A stretch of DNA of 64,000 nt from Dimorphilus gyrociliatus (GCA_904063045.1 CAJFCJ010000020.1:236425-300424), one strand, 5' to 3'; numbered from the stretch's first letter, positions 40,568 through 53,146 are shown. A program made the numbers and translations. Notes: a model not told the origin generated them from the sequence alone.

Positions 40568-41865
40568 TTAGTATGTTGATTCTTTTAAACCCATTCGTTG
40601 ATTATTCATAGATCTTGATATATCATAGGGATAGGGAATTTCACCTTCAGAAGCTTGGTTCAATCTTTTCATCTGTTTGAAAAATAAACATTAAATAGCA
40701 AAGATCAAATAAATGTGGTGTAATTAATGTTAATTACCTCTTCATCCGTTAAATTCCATCCACTAGAGACCTCCATTGCATCTCTTAGATGTTCTAGTTT
40801 TCTTGGACCAACGATTATGGAGGCCACTTTAGGGCGTTGGAGTACCCATTTCATGGCTACCTGAGCGGGTGGTTTATCTAATTTAAGGGGAAAATTATTT
40901 CAACTTAATATTTAGCAATTTTCTTTCTAATTGGAAAAAAGAAACCTTTGGCGTTTGCAATATCCTGTACAGTATCGAGAACACGCCACGTTACATCCTT
41001 ATCGGCCAAAGTAGAATGCGAAACATTAGAAATGGCTGCCCTGTTTGAGGGATCTTGTTCTACCCAAGCAACTCTACTATCGGTGGGAGGAAGTTGGTTT
41101 CTCTTAATTCTACAATTTAGCCATCCTCCTTTCAGAGGTGCAAAGGCTAATATCGATACATTTTCATTTTCACATACATCGGTAATTTCATATTCGCCGG
41201 CTCTAGTTAATAGATTATATTGATTCTGGATTGATATTGCGCCTTCGAGACCCATAAAACGTGAGTAATCGCAAATTTTTTGTAGCTGCCATCCGGTAGC
41301 GTTACTAACTCCAATCTGTCTAATTAACCCCCGCCTTATCAAGTCGTTCATCGTTCTCAGAACCTGTTCGACTGAGGTGGCACTGTCCCACATGTGCAAC
41401 TGATACAGATCGACAAAGTCCGTTTCCAAACGTTTAAGTGAACATTCAATACTATGCATAATATGCTTTCTGCTTAAGCCTACGTCGTTTACTCCTTTAC
41501 TCATTGGTAAGTAGACTTTGCTGGCTATTACCAAATCATTACGAAGTGATTGATTCTTCGACAACCATTGGCCAATAATCTTTTCCGAATCTCCTGCACC
41601 GTACCAGTCAGCAGTGTCAATAAAATTGCCTCCAGCATTTACATACTCGTTCAGAACTGCATGCGATTCCTCAACAGAAAATCCAGGCCTGTTTTGCTGT
41701 TGACAAAAAACACTATCAGCTTTATTTTAGTCCATTTTATTCTTTTTAAATGCTATTCTAACGTGAAATTCTTACAAAATGTTTTCCAAAACTAGCTGTT
41801 CCCAAGCATATTTTGGATACTCTAGTACCTGAAGAACCTAAAAAACTGTAAGAAGAGTTGGCCAT
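40568..41865 (-). CDS. Aldo-keto reductase (YajO/Tas-like NADPH-dependent family), 361 aa. Exons 41865-41776, 41696-40946, 40877-40738, 40672-40568
   Basis: Motifs GTRVSKICLGT, GGNFIDTADWYG, IASK, DLYQLHMWD, IGVSN and QNQYNLL are present, with the catalytic D/Y/K/H tetrad intact. Intron phases are consistent (0, 1, 0). Confidence 0.92.
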
Positions 41866-42234
41866 ATTTCTTGCAGACTTAAAAAGATGACCTTTGAACT
41901 TTAAGAACGAAATATACTTTAAAAGCTCGGAATACGAACACTTTAAACGAGAGAGTTCAGTTCACAAAATACGAAACAAGTGTCGCCATCTATTTTCTAT
42001 ATCGAAAGCTACTCAAACTTCTTTTCGATATCATTGGCAATAGACTATAAAAACTACATCTAGAATTCATCGATTAGTTAAATTTGCACACAGCTATTAC
42101 TATACTTTAACGTCTATTTCCGTTTCATGTAAACACTAACATAAAATTGCCGTTAAAGCTATACACAATCAAAATATATTTAAGTGATATTTTATGGAGA
42201 AAATATAAATAATTTTTAAAATTATAATAAAAAT

Positions 42235-42331
42235 ATAGATGGCGCAAGGTGTTTATATCTGTAAATGTATACCTCAATCTAAATCTTTCTTTTTATTGCC
42301 AAAGTAAATTACAACAAGCAGCGCCATCTAT
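42235..42331. promoter_or_regulatory. Convergent pair of CTCF-like motifs between the AKR and GPCR2 genes
   Basis: ATAGATGGCGC at 42235 and GCGCCATCTAT at 42321 are perfect 11-bp inverted copies resembling the invertebrate CTCF core. A similar pair lies at 25541/25593. Confidence 0.45.
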
Positions 42332-43116
42332 CGTATAATTTTCAAATATATGAAATAAATAAATTATAATGATTACATAATACGTTTTTTTTTCAGACTT
42401 AGCTTCAACTTATTCTTGAGCTACTAAACATTCCTAAAATTTCTCTATCGATATTAGATTGATACCGATTTTCATATATACAGTATATATATATATATGA
42501 AATATATTCTCTGTAGATGTATATAGGATAACATTCTGACATAAAAATATCATTATTATCTTTGACAGTTGTCAAATCATTGATAAACATTAAAGTAAAG
42601 AAGAATAAAACAAATTTGCAAAATTCTTCAAGCATCCTATAGAGTGCAAACAAGGTTAACAGATCTAAAGAGATCTGTAATCATTTATTTATCAACATTC
42701 TACTTCCGCATCATATAAAAAAAAATAAATATAAATATGATAAGGATTACATAAAAATTTGAAAATAATATTAACGATGAGTCATTAGTATTTAATCATT
42801 AAATAAATTTAAATATTTAAATAGTGTCTTTAACTGAAATTTGTAAAACTGTCAGTTGTCCAAATGCATGAGAAATATTCTCAATGAATTCATTGATCAT
42901 TTAAGCTTTCATTAAAGCTACTAGTAATTATGAAGAATTTTCTTAAATCCAATGAAATAAATGAATGAAAGAGGTATTCACGAAAAATTAAAGGCGTCCT
43001 AAGTTCAAAGAGAAACGACTAATATCAGACTCCGCAGATGCAGGTACAATAATACAATAAATATCCGTTATGTAATAACCGTAATAAGGCTTACTATTCA
43101 TTAAAGAGAGGTGTCA

Positions 43117-44124
43117 TTAATCATCTGATCTTGGCAGAGAGTTAGTTGGTTCTTCTTTAGAGCTAGGTGTGCCGTGATTTCCCACGGGTTTCGACCTTTC
43201 TATCATCTTCTTTAACTGATTCCAAAATCGTTTATTTGTTGTGCAATAAATAAAAAAGTTTACTGAATGTTGAAGGCAAACTAACAGAAGTGAAATACTA
43301 GAAAGAGTGCGATATAGATTGCTCTGCAGTAAGTTATTATTATTTCTTGTTACCGCTGTAATAAAAGTTCTAGATAGGATTGAAGATGGTAGTTCACCAA
43401 TTATAAAGACGAAAACAACAACAATTAACATCTTTGTAAGTTTTCTTTGATAAATTTCTCTATTTTTCGCTTCGTTATCCCTAGACGACATCATTTCCCG
43501 GTATTTTTTAGTTGCTCTTCGAACTCCAAATACTAAGAGGATATTCAAAATTATTAAAGATATAGTAGCGCCAACTGTAATTGTAACAAAATGAATCCAC
43601 GTGTATATCCTAAATATCCGCTTTTTAGTGTAAGATTTCCTCTCAACGATTCCATTTCGTTCTCGAAACACGAAGAATCGTGGTAAACATAGAAAAAAAG
43701 CAAACACCCAAATGAAGATACAAATCCTTCTTGCAAGACTCCTTGTACCCAAAGATCTAGCTTTTAACGGATAAAATACAAACAAGCATCTCTCAGTACT
43801 GACCGCAACGGTTACCAAAACACTGACAGCGGAAGTAACTGATCCAACTGGCCAGTAAATATATGCTTGAATAATAGCCCATGCACGTTTACCTCGTCCA
43901 TGCGATTTTGAAATCGTAAATAGGGCGAAAGCAAAAACTGTTAATAAATCGGCAATTGCTAAATTAATTAAATAAACATAACAAGACTCTCGAAAGTAGC
44001 GCCTTCTTATTAACAGCAACGCAATTGTTAGAGCGTTTAATATAAAACCAATACCGGTTACTGGTGGAATTACGTAACCATATATAACTTGTTCAATTTT
44101 TAGTTGAGGCGTTGTTGCATTCAT
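43117..44124 (-). CDS. Intronless rhodopsin-class GPCR, FMRFamide-receptor-like/orphan peptide group, 335 aa
   Basis: GFILN (TM1), LAIADL (TM2), VSTERC (DRY position), LPRFF (TM4), GELP (TM6) and HSVNFFIY (TM7). A splice acceptor just upstream of the ATG suggests a non-coding first exon. Confidence 0.88.
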   Translation of the reverse strand: MNATTPQLKIEQVIYGYVIPPVTGIGFILNALTIALLLIRRRYFRESCYVYLINLAIADLLTVFAFALFTISKSHGRGKRAWAIIQAYIYWPVGSVTSAVSVLVTVAVSTERCLFVFYPLKARSLGTRSLARRICIFIWVFAFFLCLPRFFVFRERNGIVERKSYTKKRIFRIYTWIHFVTITVGATISLIILNILLVFGVRRATKKYREMMSSRDNEAKNREIYQRKLTKMLIVVVFVFIIGELPSSILSRTFITAVTRNNNNLLQSNLYRTLSSISLLLVCLQHSVNFFIYCTTNKRFWNQLKKMIERSKPVGNHGTPSSKEEPTNSLPRSDD

Positions 44125-45240
44125 CTTTATTGTTCTGGTAAATTTGGGAAAAGAACCATAGACTAAGCTTAGATAATATATATATATGTATACAGTATAT
44201 ATATATACTCAGTATCACACGGCTGAGTAAATAATTGGATTTCAAAGAATGATGAAGGAGAAGAAAACAAGAGATATTGTCTCCTTCCTACTTTATTTGA
44301 TAATCTCCTACATGTAATCTCTTCCCGTCTAGTATTGATTCTAAGATCCAAATACAAAATCCTTGATACGGAAGAAGAAACGGTTGCTATCACCGCTTTA
44401 ACCCACTTAGCCTTCATTGCCATCATTATATTATTAAGGGTATGTCGGTTTTGTTATTTTTTGCTAATTCCTTTCTATAAACTCACTCAGTTGCTCTCAA
44501 AGTTTTCCTTTTCCTTTTAGATTAAAATAAATATTTGGAATGGAAAGTAGCTGAATTCAATTGAGCAAAGGCTAAAACTAACTGAATTAGGAAAAGCGTC
44601 TCTTTCTTTAGTAGTATCGTTTTATAAGTTATTTATTAAAATTATTTCAATATATAGATATAATTTATATATAGATATAAAAAACATTCATTATTCCCTC
44701 AATTAGTCAAAAATCCTTATCTTTTATCTCAATTCTGTATTATTTTTACATATTGTTTTCTCGTTCTATTATTTCTTTGGGTAAAATCCTATTTATGTAA
44801 CCTTGCAACAAATTTTGGACATAAGACAATAATCTTATTACATTTTTAAAGAGTTTATTAAGCGGTGTTAACTCATTGCATTTTCTTACGTAAGTCGAAT
44901 TGTATGGGGTCGGACATTGTTAAGACGGATATTATGGAAAATGGTCAAGCAAAGAGTGAATTTCCTTGTTATACATAAAAAGAATTTACATACGCAAACT
45001 GGAAAAAGTTAGAGAGAGAGAGAGTTTATACTGTATATTGTATAAATGTATTTCTATACTAATATATTTGAGATATAGGCACAATTTACAACAGTTTTCA
45101 ACGTTTCTATTTTGTTGTTTAACTAAGAATTCAATAATCATTCATTAAACAGTTTACTTTGTTTAAAACTCAACAAATAAACAGTAAGGAAATAGAGAGA
45201 AAGAGTCAGGAATATTTTTTATTAAACATAGATAGAACAT

Positions 45241-45776
45241 CTATGAACGTAATCGACCTCCGTTGCACGTTGAAGGATCATTGTCCGCTCTCTCTGCTTT
45301 CAAAACATTTACACGGTATTCATTCTCTTTTTCTTTTAATATATTTTGTAAATGTTGAATGTATTTGATTGCTTGGCGAAGAGTTTCCACTTTACTAATT
45401 CTTTTATCCCTTTGCTTGATCGGAAGATGAGACCTGGATGGTTATTATTAAAAGTTAGTTAATTATCAATGTAAAAGAACTTGTTGAAGTTTGATACAGT
45501 ATAGTTATTACTTAGATTTTATTATAATTATTTTATAATTCAAAATAAACTTTATATTACTAACCTTAACCTCGCATAACCTTCATTGACACATCGAACT
45601 CTTTCTCGTTCTCTTTCGTTTCTTTTCCGAACAGCTCCATTCTCACATGAGATAAAACAGGGCAGTGGTATTTGGCTTCTTGGAGAAAATGGACTATTAT
45701 CAAAGCTAAGCGAAGCTGCACTAAGTCCAAGATCTGAACAAGATGGAGAAGTTAGAGTCGTTTCTTCTAAATTCAT
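45241..45776 (-). CDS. ascl (ASCb): Achaete-scute family bHLH, ASCL3/4/5 (ASCb) type, 134 aa. Exons 45776-45565 and 45433-45241
   Basis: Spliced bHLH VRKRNERERERVRCVNEGYARLR|SHLPIKQRDKRISKVETLRQAIKYIQHLQ. RCVNEGY is characteristic of ASCL3/4/5. The intron is a 131-bp phase-2 GT-AG intron, and exon 2 is absent from the ORF track. Confidence 0.9.
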
Positions 45777-46968
45777 AGCGTCCTGAAATGTGACGTCGAG
45801 TGCCGTGACGTTGAAAATGCACCTGTTTTCAGCTCGGCGTTCATTGGTTAGGGATGTTTACTTAGCTGTTCGATAATATATAATCATTTGCAATTACTGA
45901 TGTATGGAAGAGAGCTTTTATTCCAGCTCCCTCTACGAGATATATAGAAAGTAAAGGAGATACCTAACATAATTCATTTTTGCTGGAAATGCAAACTTAA
46001 AAAAATAACAAACCTTAACAAACAAATTTAAAAAATTACAGTTAAATAAAAAAAACTGCTTTTTTATGTATCTGCAAACTTCGACAAACAAGCCGATTTC
46101 TTTTGAAATTGTTCAATTTGAAACTTACAAAAAAATCTTACACCCTTAATTGGTTTTAAGAAGAAAAAAAAGGAACTTCAAAGAATTCCGCTTACATTGT
46201 TGAGCAAATAGAAAAGGAAAACGTCACTTAATCATCAAAAGAGAAAGGAATTAAATCGCGATAATACTCTTGAGATAATCTCTTAGAACATGATTATCCC
46301 ATTAAGAAAAAATGTAGAAAGATATAGACACCGGTAGTCTAATTTATTGGTTAATAATAACCAATCACAAAGGCTTAATCAGAAATTAATTAATTTCTCC
46401 TTATGGGTTAGGCTAGCAATAAGAGCGAAAGAAAAAGATCAAGTAAAGCTAGATCATTTTTCACGCTGTTCTCAAGTTATGATCCGATTATACAGAGGCG
46501 TGAAACATGGTAAGAAGGTGGAGAAAGAAAGTAGAAAAAGAGAATTCAAAATCAAAAAGGCGTCTTTTGATCGCGCTCGAGGCGGAGACGGCGGACACGT
46601 GAACGAGTGAACACAACAGATTACAGTCAATTAAATACGTTTGATATTTAGAGTGATCTGTGTTTGTACTTTTACAGTTAACCCTTTGACCGAGTTTCAC
46701 ATTTCCGCTTCTTTATATATATATTTTGAATAAATGTTAACAAACATAGAAAATATGTAAGTTATTATAATAACCATAATATTAAAAAAATATGAATATT
46801 CATGAATAAAAAAAATGCATATATAAAATTTAAAAAGTTAATAGTAAAAAATTGTTAAAAATCGATTAAGCATATTTTTGTCTTTGTTTGTCTTTTAAGG
46901 AATGTTAAAAAAAAACCACATGATTCACGTCGTAGATTTAATGGCACAAACGTGCTTCTTCATTAATT

Positions 46969-48665
46969 TCATTCTTTAACTAATCTATAGATATGATGCT
47001 GGGCACCATGGGATGTCGCAACTTCAAAAACGTATGCCATACATAGAAGCGTCTCTTGGCTATCTCTATTAGTCACCACCTGTTGTATTATCATTTCATA
47101 TTAAAAGATAAGAAGAATTTTGGGATATTTAAATAAAGATAAAAGAGGAATTGCAAAAATTCTATTCTTACCTGTAAGATAGTGAAATTCTCTAGGACCG
47201 AATTCATCATATATTTTTCGGGTAATTGCCTTAGTTTCATGATAAAATTTATCATGTACTCGCACATAGGAGATCTATGTATTTTGTATACGTATTTTCC
47301 TTGATCCAGTACAGGATATTCAGTTTCAACCTTTTCAACCACTTGTTTACCGAAAGAGCATACTTTAGTGCTACTTTGAATTGTCATATTTTCAGCTGTT
47401 TCAAATTGAGCTGTTACACCATAAAAAATATCGTCACAACTTGATTTTGGCATATTCAGATCAGCCCAAAATTTTACAAGATAGAAAGAATCTTGTGGAC
47501 CTTTTTCGTATAATTCTTTCAATCCTCCCTTTCTATCAGGGAATTTATCGTAAATTTGTCGGATATCTACTGCCTGAAAAATTAAAAAAAATTAATTAGT
47601 TAAATTAATATTATTAATAGTATTAATTAATCTTCCATTAGCAAGCTAAATGACTTAAAAAAGTCCTTCACTAATTGGCTCGAATAATAAAAGTTGGCAG
47701 ATGGTATCGGCCAAAATCAAACATCTGTTTATCACTATATGCCAATCGAACGATCAGGGGGGGCTTGCTTAAGGGTCTTAATTTTTTTAGTCGTACCTCT
47801 AAAAGTGGATCGTTAAGGGAAAATGTATTGGAAATTTGGACGTAAACGTGCTTGTGATAGCGTTCAAGGTTTTGGCTCTCTTCGTAGGCGGAGTATTCAA
47901 CCAGCCTGAGGCGAGGCCCAGCAAGACTTCTTCCAGTCCAGCAGCTTAGTAATAGGGTATCCTGAGTTGCATAAGGGCTTCCTGGGGCATTCGGTCGGTA
48001 CATCGGAATTCTGGCTGGTGTCGTTTGCCAGTACTGTCAAATATGATACTCGGTTAATTTTTTAATTACTACTTTGAAACCTATTCGATACTTACGGGTG
48101 ATGCTCCATAGCCGACAGGTGGCAGAGTCCCAGGTCCTGGAGGGACAGCGGCTCCACCTGGGGACATTGGGTCAGGGGCTCCTCCGGTATTTGGCATGCT
48201 CTTGTTTTGAAGGGCTGAGGCTGAAACAATTTGAGCACTGGACATTGAGGACAATTGTTGCGCAGCTTTCTCTTTCGATTGTATATCTTTCATCTGAGAT
48301 TGAATTTCTTTCGATTTACGCCTTGCCAACACCTGAATGTGACTAGAAACTTGCTTCCTTGACCTCGATTTTCCAGTACGCATTTTAATATATCGAGCGA
48401 TAAGCTCATTTCGCCCATACATTTTGCCCTCATCACTTAAAATTATTTTACGTCTTCCACAAGGTGGGTAAATGGCCAGCGCTTCCTGAAAGCTCTGTTC
48501 AATATCCGGACTCCAAACGCCTTCCGCGTCGCTATTCAAGTCAGTTGAATTAGCGTCGTTATTATTTTCCACACTACAACAGTCGTCGATATCGGAATTC
48601 TCTTCGTTCTTTATCCTATCACTAATATGAGTAGGCGTATGAGATGTTGGAGGCCATCCAGCCAT
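46969..48665 (-). CDS. tead/sd: TEAD/scalloped transcription factor, about 439 aa. Exons 48665-48096, 48033-47797, 47573-47172, 47079-46969
   Basis: TEA domain [49 protein letters not shown]...[14 protein letters not shown]. The YAP-binding domain includes [31 protein letters not shown] and [12 protein letters not shown]. All introns are phase 0. An acceptor at 48674 implies an upstream exon, so the true start is uncertain. Confidence 0.95.
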
Positions 48666-50316
48666 GCTGCCGTCTAGAAAATGATAAAGGAATGTCATAA
48701 TTCAAATATTTAACGTTCCAAATGATAACAAGGAATGTGCATAGAAAAAAAACTCAAAGTAAAATTGACGTTTAAATGTTCAGCTATTAATTGTCAATTG
48801 GTTTACATTTGGCTTCGCAGCTGTTCTCAGCTTGCATTACATAACCGCTAAGAAGATCGTCTGTATAGCGCCCAATAGTTACGAATAGCAACTGACGCCC
48901 AGTAAACGTTCTAGAAAGTTTTTTTAGGGGCAGGCATGGCACGCGAGCCTTCTACCCCCTACCCTACCTGTCTATTTCACCTCCCTGGAACAATTATTCA
49001 CAGTAAATAGATGGCAGAGTTGATTTTAGAATTATACGGATATTTGAAAACGAAAATAAGCTAAGAGTAATCACCATATTTATGTAAATAAATAGATGGC
49101 AAGATAATTAAGAAGAGAAATGGAGAGGGGAGGATCGATATTTATTTCTTTCCTTTTGTATTATAGTATATGGCCCCGGTCGAACCGTGTGTAAGAGACA
49201 GGTGCTCAGCCGTTAGGTTTGAACGTGCACCTTCTATTGTTTGGAACGAGCGACAGGTGCAGTTGATGCAGGGCGTCACATTTAAGCCTATACAAGACGC
49301 ATGGTGCCTTGTGAACCATAGTTTAAAAAAAGAATACGACACGTTCGGATAGAAAGAAAGAGAGAATATTGGGAGGGGTAAAAAAAAATTACTATTTAGA
49401 ATTGGTATAAATATAGGCGAGTTAACGACCTTTCGAAGCGTTTTATTGCTGGCCGTAACTGGCCTATAAAGGCGACGCGCGCTTGAACAACCGCTTCAAA
49501 GGCATAGGTCTTGAATTGGCTGTGGCTATTTAATATAGGCTATACTCACACATAACTGCAGCAGCATTTGGCGGTGGAGGCGAGTAGTAGGGATGGGAAT
49601 AGGCGAGGGAAGCCGTTTTAATATCCAGTTTGGCAATATATGGTAGAAATATTCAATAAAAAATAAGTTTTTATTTATAGAATACTGGAGGAAAATTGAG
49701 AAAATCAGTCCAAAACAAATCAGTCGTTTTCCAAATAAGATGATAAATAATTTGATGAAAATCTAAAAACAAATTTGTGAAAATTTAAAAAAAAACCAAG
49801 CGATCGTCTGAACGCGGTGTGAACGGCGGACGTCTGCCAACTAAAGTGTGCACGCGCGTAGTAAAAGACGGTCGAGCCAGAATTAAGGGCAGGTGCTTTA
49901 AACAGGTGACGCTGCTTTCAGCCTATATTAAACTGGCTTCTATGTTTGAATTAGTTTCGAATGCCTGCATATTTCAAGTCCTAAATTATTCAGTTACAAC
50001 TTGGAATAGAAACAAGAAATTCCTTTTTCCTGTTTTTTTCTTGCTAACATCCTGGGTTTCCCTGGTTTTTTTTGTGTTTTCTTCGCCTATCGCTAACAAA
50101 CAAGACTGATTAAATAGAGTGAGTTTGCTTTAGAACGGCTGTTTGTCCATCATCGACTTATTAATTTTAGCGTATCATTTCCTCGATATTTTTTAAATTT
50201 AATTTTGAACTATTCTCTATTTAGATCTACGGGTAATTTTAATTGCAAATCCTGAAGAAGGATTGATGGGAAGGGCTTGGTAATGATGTCGATCAGTTCA
50301 ATTTCGTGTCATTGGC

Positions 50317-51660
50317 ATGATTGCTAACATGTTTTTAAGAATAATCAAGCTTAAATCGGAATGTTGTACTTTAACTGCTATTTTCTTATTAGTATTTATT
50401 ATCTTGTACCCTGTTTTTTTTTCGAAGTACAAACCTGACTATATGCAGGAATTTAGCAATACTTTGACTAGAGTAGCAGATCAGGAGAGAAAAATGGTTG
50501 TTATTTCAGCAACAGATTTGGGATATATTGATTTGGCCGTCAATTTCTACTTGTCTTCTATCAAACGCCATAAAATCTCTAACTTTCTTTTCATCTGTCT
50601 ACATCCGGAAGCGTGTAGAGTCCTCCGTCAGTTTAGTGATCGAGTCGAAACGTTTTATGGAGGGATAGTTGAGTCTGCCGACAGACCGAGCAACTTTTTT
50701 TCGAGAGAATTCAATGAGAAGACACATGCCAAATTAAAATGGGTAATAACTGCATTGAAAATGGGCTACAATGTTTTACTATCAGATGTGGACATTCACT
50801 ATTTTAAGAACCCACTCGGAACACTTTATAGTCATCTACGAAAATGTGACATTCAGATCCAATGGGACAGAGATGAGTTGGAAATGAAATATAATTCAGG
50901 ATTCTATTTCCTGAAGGCTTCTCACCTGACAGTTGAATTGTTGAGGAGAGCCATCTGGTTGGCGGAACACGATAATTTTACGCAATCTGATCAGTACTAT
51001 TTGAACACGGCAATAAGATATTCAGTCTCGAAATTCGGGTTGAAGTTGTGCGAATTAGATAAGTCGACGTTTCCTTGTGGGTCAGTTTATTTTCATGAGG
51101 GTCAACGGGAATTTTACGATGATTCGCCTTGCAAAGATTGCGTCATAGCTCACAATAATTGGATTATATCAGCGGCCAGTAAAAGGTATAGAGCCAGGGA
51201 GCATCTGTTTTGGAACGTCGACATTCCAAGCGGATACTATAGCGCGAAAGGTCGAAAATACTTGACGTATGATCAACAAAGGACGCCGTCAAAGAACAAA
51301 CAGCTGCGAAATTTAAAAAGAGCTCTCTGCCTAGCTGAAAAATTAAATAGGCTTGTCGTACTACCTAAGTTCTTTTGTTTAGAGCAAAAAGTGAGACTTT
51401 GCAATCTATTATCAATTGTTAACCAAACAAATATGGACGCTTTTGAATTAGTCTATGGGAAATTTTATAGAGAATACTCATTCTTGAACAACAAACTCGT
51501 ACCTAACGAAATTAGAAACAAAAATAATTGGAAAAAGATAAAAATAGGGTCGTGCCGTAATTTACATTCAATTCAAAGCGATTTCAATAGATATCCTGTT
51601 TTGCAATTATCATTTGAATGGGACACGTGCAAATGCAAATTTGGAAAGGATTCTATCTAA
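50317..51660 (+). CDS. Intronless type II membrane nucleotide-diphospho-sugar transferase (GT77-like), 447 aa
   Basis: N-terminal TM anchor, GYNVLLSDVD (DxD motif), YNSGFYFL, QSDQYYLN, FPCG, AHNNW, and a C-terminal LNRLVVLP segment. Confidence 0.8.
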   Translation: MIANMFLRIIKLKSECCTLTAIFLLVFIILYPVFFSKYKPDYMQEFSNTLTRVADQERKMVVISATDLGYIDLAVNFYLSSIKRHKISNFLFICLHPEACRVLRQFSDRVETFYGGIVESADRPSNFFSREFNEKTHAKLKWVITALKMGYNVLLSDVDIHYFKNPLGTLYSHLRKCDIQIQWDRDELEMKYNSGFYFLKASHLTVELLRRAIWLAEHDNFTQSDQYYLNTAIRYSVSKFGLKLCELDKSTFPCGSVYFHEGQREFYDDSPCKDCVIAHNNWIISAASKRYRAREHLFWNVDIPSGYYSAKGRKYLTYDQQRTPSKNKQLRNLKRALCLAEKLNRLVVLPKFFCLEQKVRLCNLLSIVNQTNMDAFELVYGKFYREYSFLNNKLVPNEIRNKNNWKKIKIGSCRNLHSIQSDFNRYPVLQLSFEWDTCKCKFGKDSI

Positions 51661-53146
51661 AGCGCCATCTGTCGTGTATACAAGATACTATAAGTTTATG
51701 CTCCATTTCCTAATTGGTTCCACGTGAAATTGGAAAGTGTTTGTCTCGTAAATATTCCATAAAACTACCTTATCCATTAAGCGCTTTAATTAGACTTTAT
51801 ATATATATATATATATGTATACTATATGTATATAGATGAATTAATATTTGTTTATAAACCCTGATTTAAGGAAATGGTTTTTCCTCTCTATTTCAATCTT
51901 TTTCAGTTCCCCAACAGGATTCTCTTTTTTTCATTTCCTTAGTGTTTTCTTTCTCCTAATTTACGATTACAAAGTAATTTATTTTTATCAATGGTTGAGT
52001 ATTTTAAAGAAGATAACCATTATCGGTATTACAGAAATTTACCATTTCTTCAATATGATAATCAATGCTTAAGTAATCTTGTCTTTTTTTGCTGCCATTT
52101 TCAATGAAATATATACTGCTAAGATGTTAGACAAAGTTTTCTAGAGTATTAGGTCTTTTTATTCCCGGTTGAATACAGCCATGTTTAAAAGATACTTCTT
52201 GACATGTTGAAGAAGAAATCAAGCCTATCTAAGCTTTGTAAGAGAACAAGAAAAATATTTTTCGATGATAATTGATACCTGAGAATTTTCCAATGAGACT
52301 TTCATCATTCTCTTTGCTTTTTTTTTGGTTGTTTATATGTCTATGAATCGTAGTGAAGAGGTCCTTTAGTTTTTTCCTTGGGAGTTATTTACTTGTTCTA
52401 ATGATATAAAATTGATTTTTCTCTTTTTATTATTCCCTTCTTACGTTTTAACGATGAAGAGGGGCTTATCTCCTTTCTTGTAGATTTTCTAATTGTACAA
52501 ATCAACTTGACCTATTTATCAAGTTTTCCATCTTTACCATGCGTGGGTGTTGAGTTGAAAAAATTCACTCTCACGGATATTCTTATTCTTATTTTATATT
52601 GATTGAATTGCTAGGTAATCCGTTTGATCATTTAAGCCTCAAGCCTAAATCAGGTAAGATTGAAGAAAGTGATATCATTTATCGTGATTTCTTCCAGTTT
52701 CCACAGAATATAAGGGAGTAACGTCTTCAGCCAGAGTTTCATCTTTGAAATATATATATATATATATTGAAATTTTCTTGATGTTTAACTTCCATAATAA
52801 TCTTTCAAAAAAAACAATAATATAATGGTCAATTTGTACAAGGCAAAAGAACATCGAAAGACTTTTGTATTACGCTATAACTTTCATTATCTTATTAGCT
52901 ATCATGAACATGGTTAGTTAAACTGCTATTTATAAGAAAATTGATTATATCATCGGTTATTGATTCATTAATGAAATCTTAGACAAATTCAAGCGTTTAA
53001 AATCGATCCTATATACAATTGGGCACAAGAAGACACAAGTTTATTTCACTCCAAGAATACAACCGAGGAAAGAACATTAGGAATATTTTAAGTATATATA
53101 TATATGAATGTACTGTATATATATATATATATTATATTTTTTGTAA

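Noticed and set aside
48666-48698. TEAD start at MTFLYHFL as given by the ORF track
   Set aside because: This segment has the form of a polypyrimidine tract plus AG acceptor (48674), so it is probably intronic.
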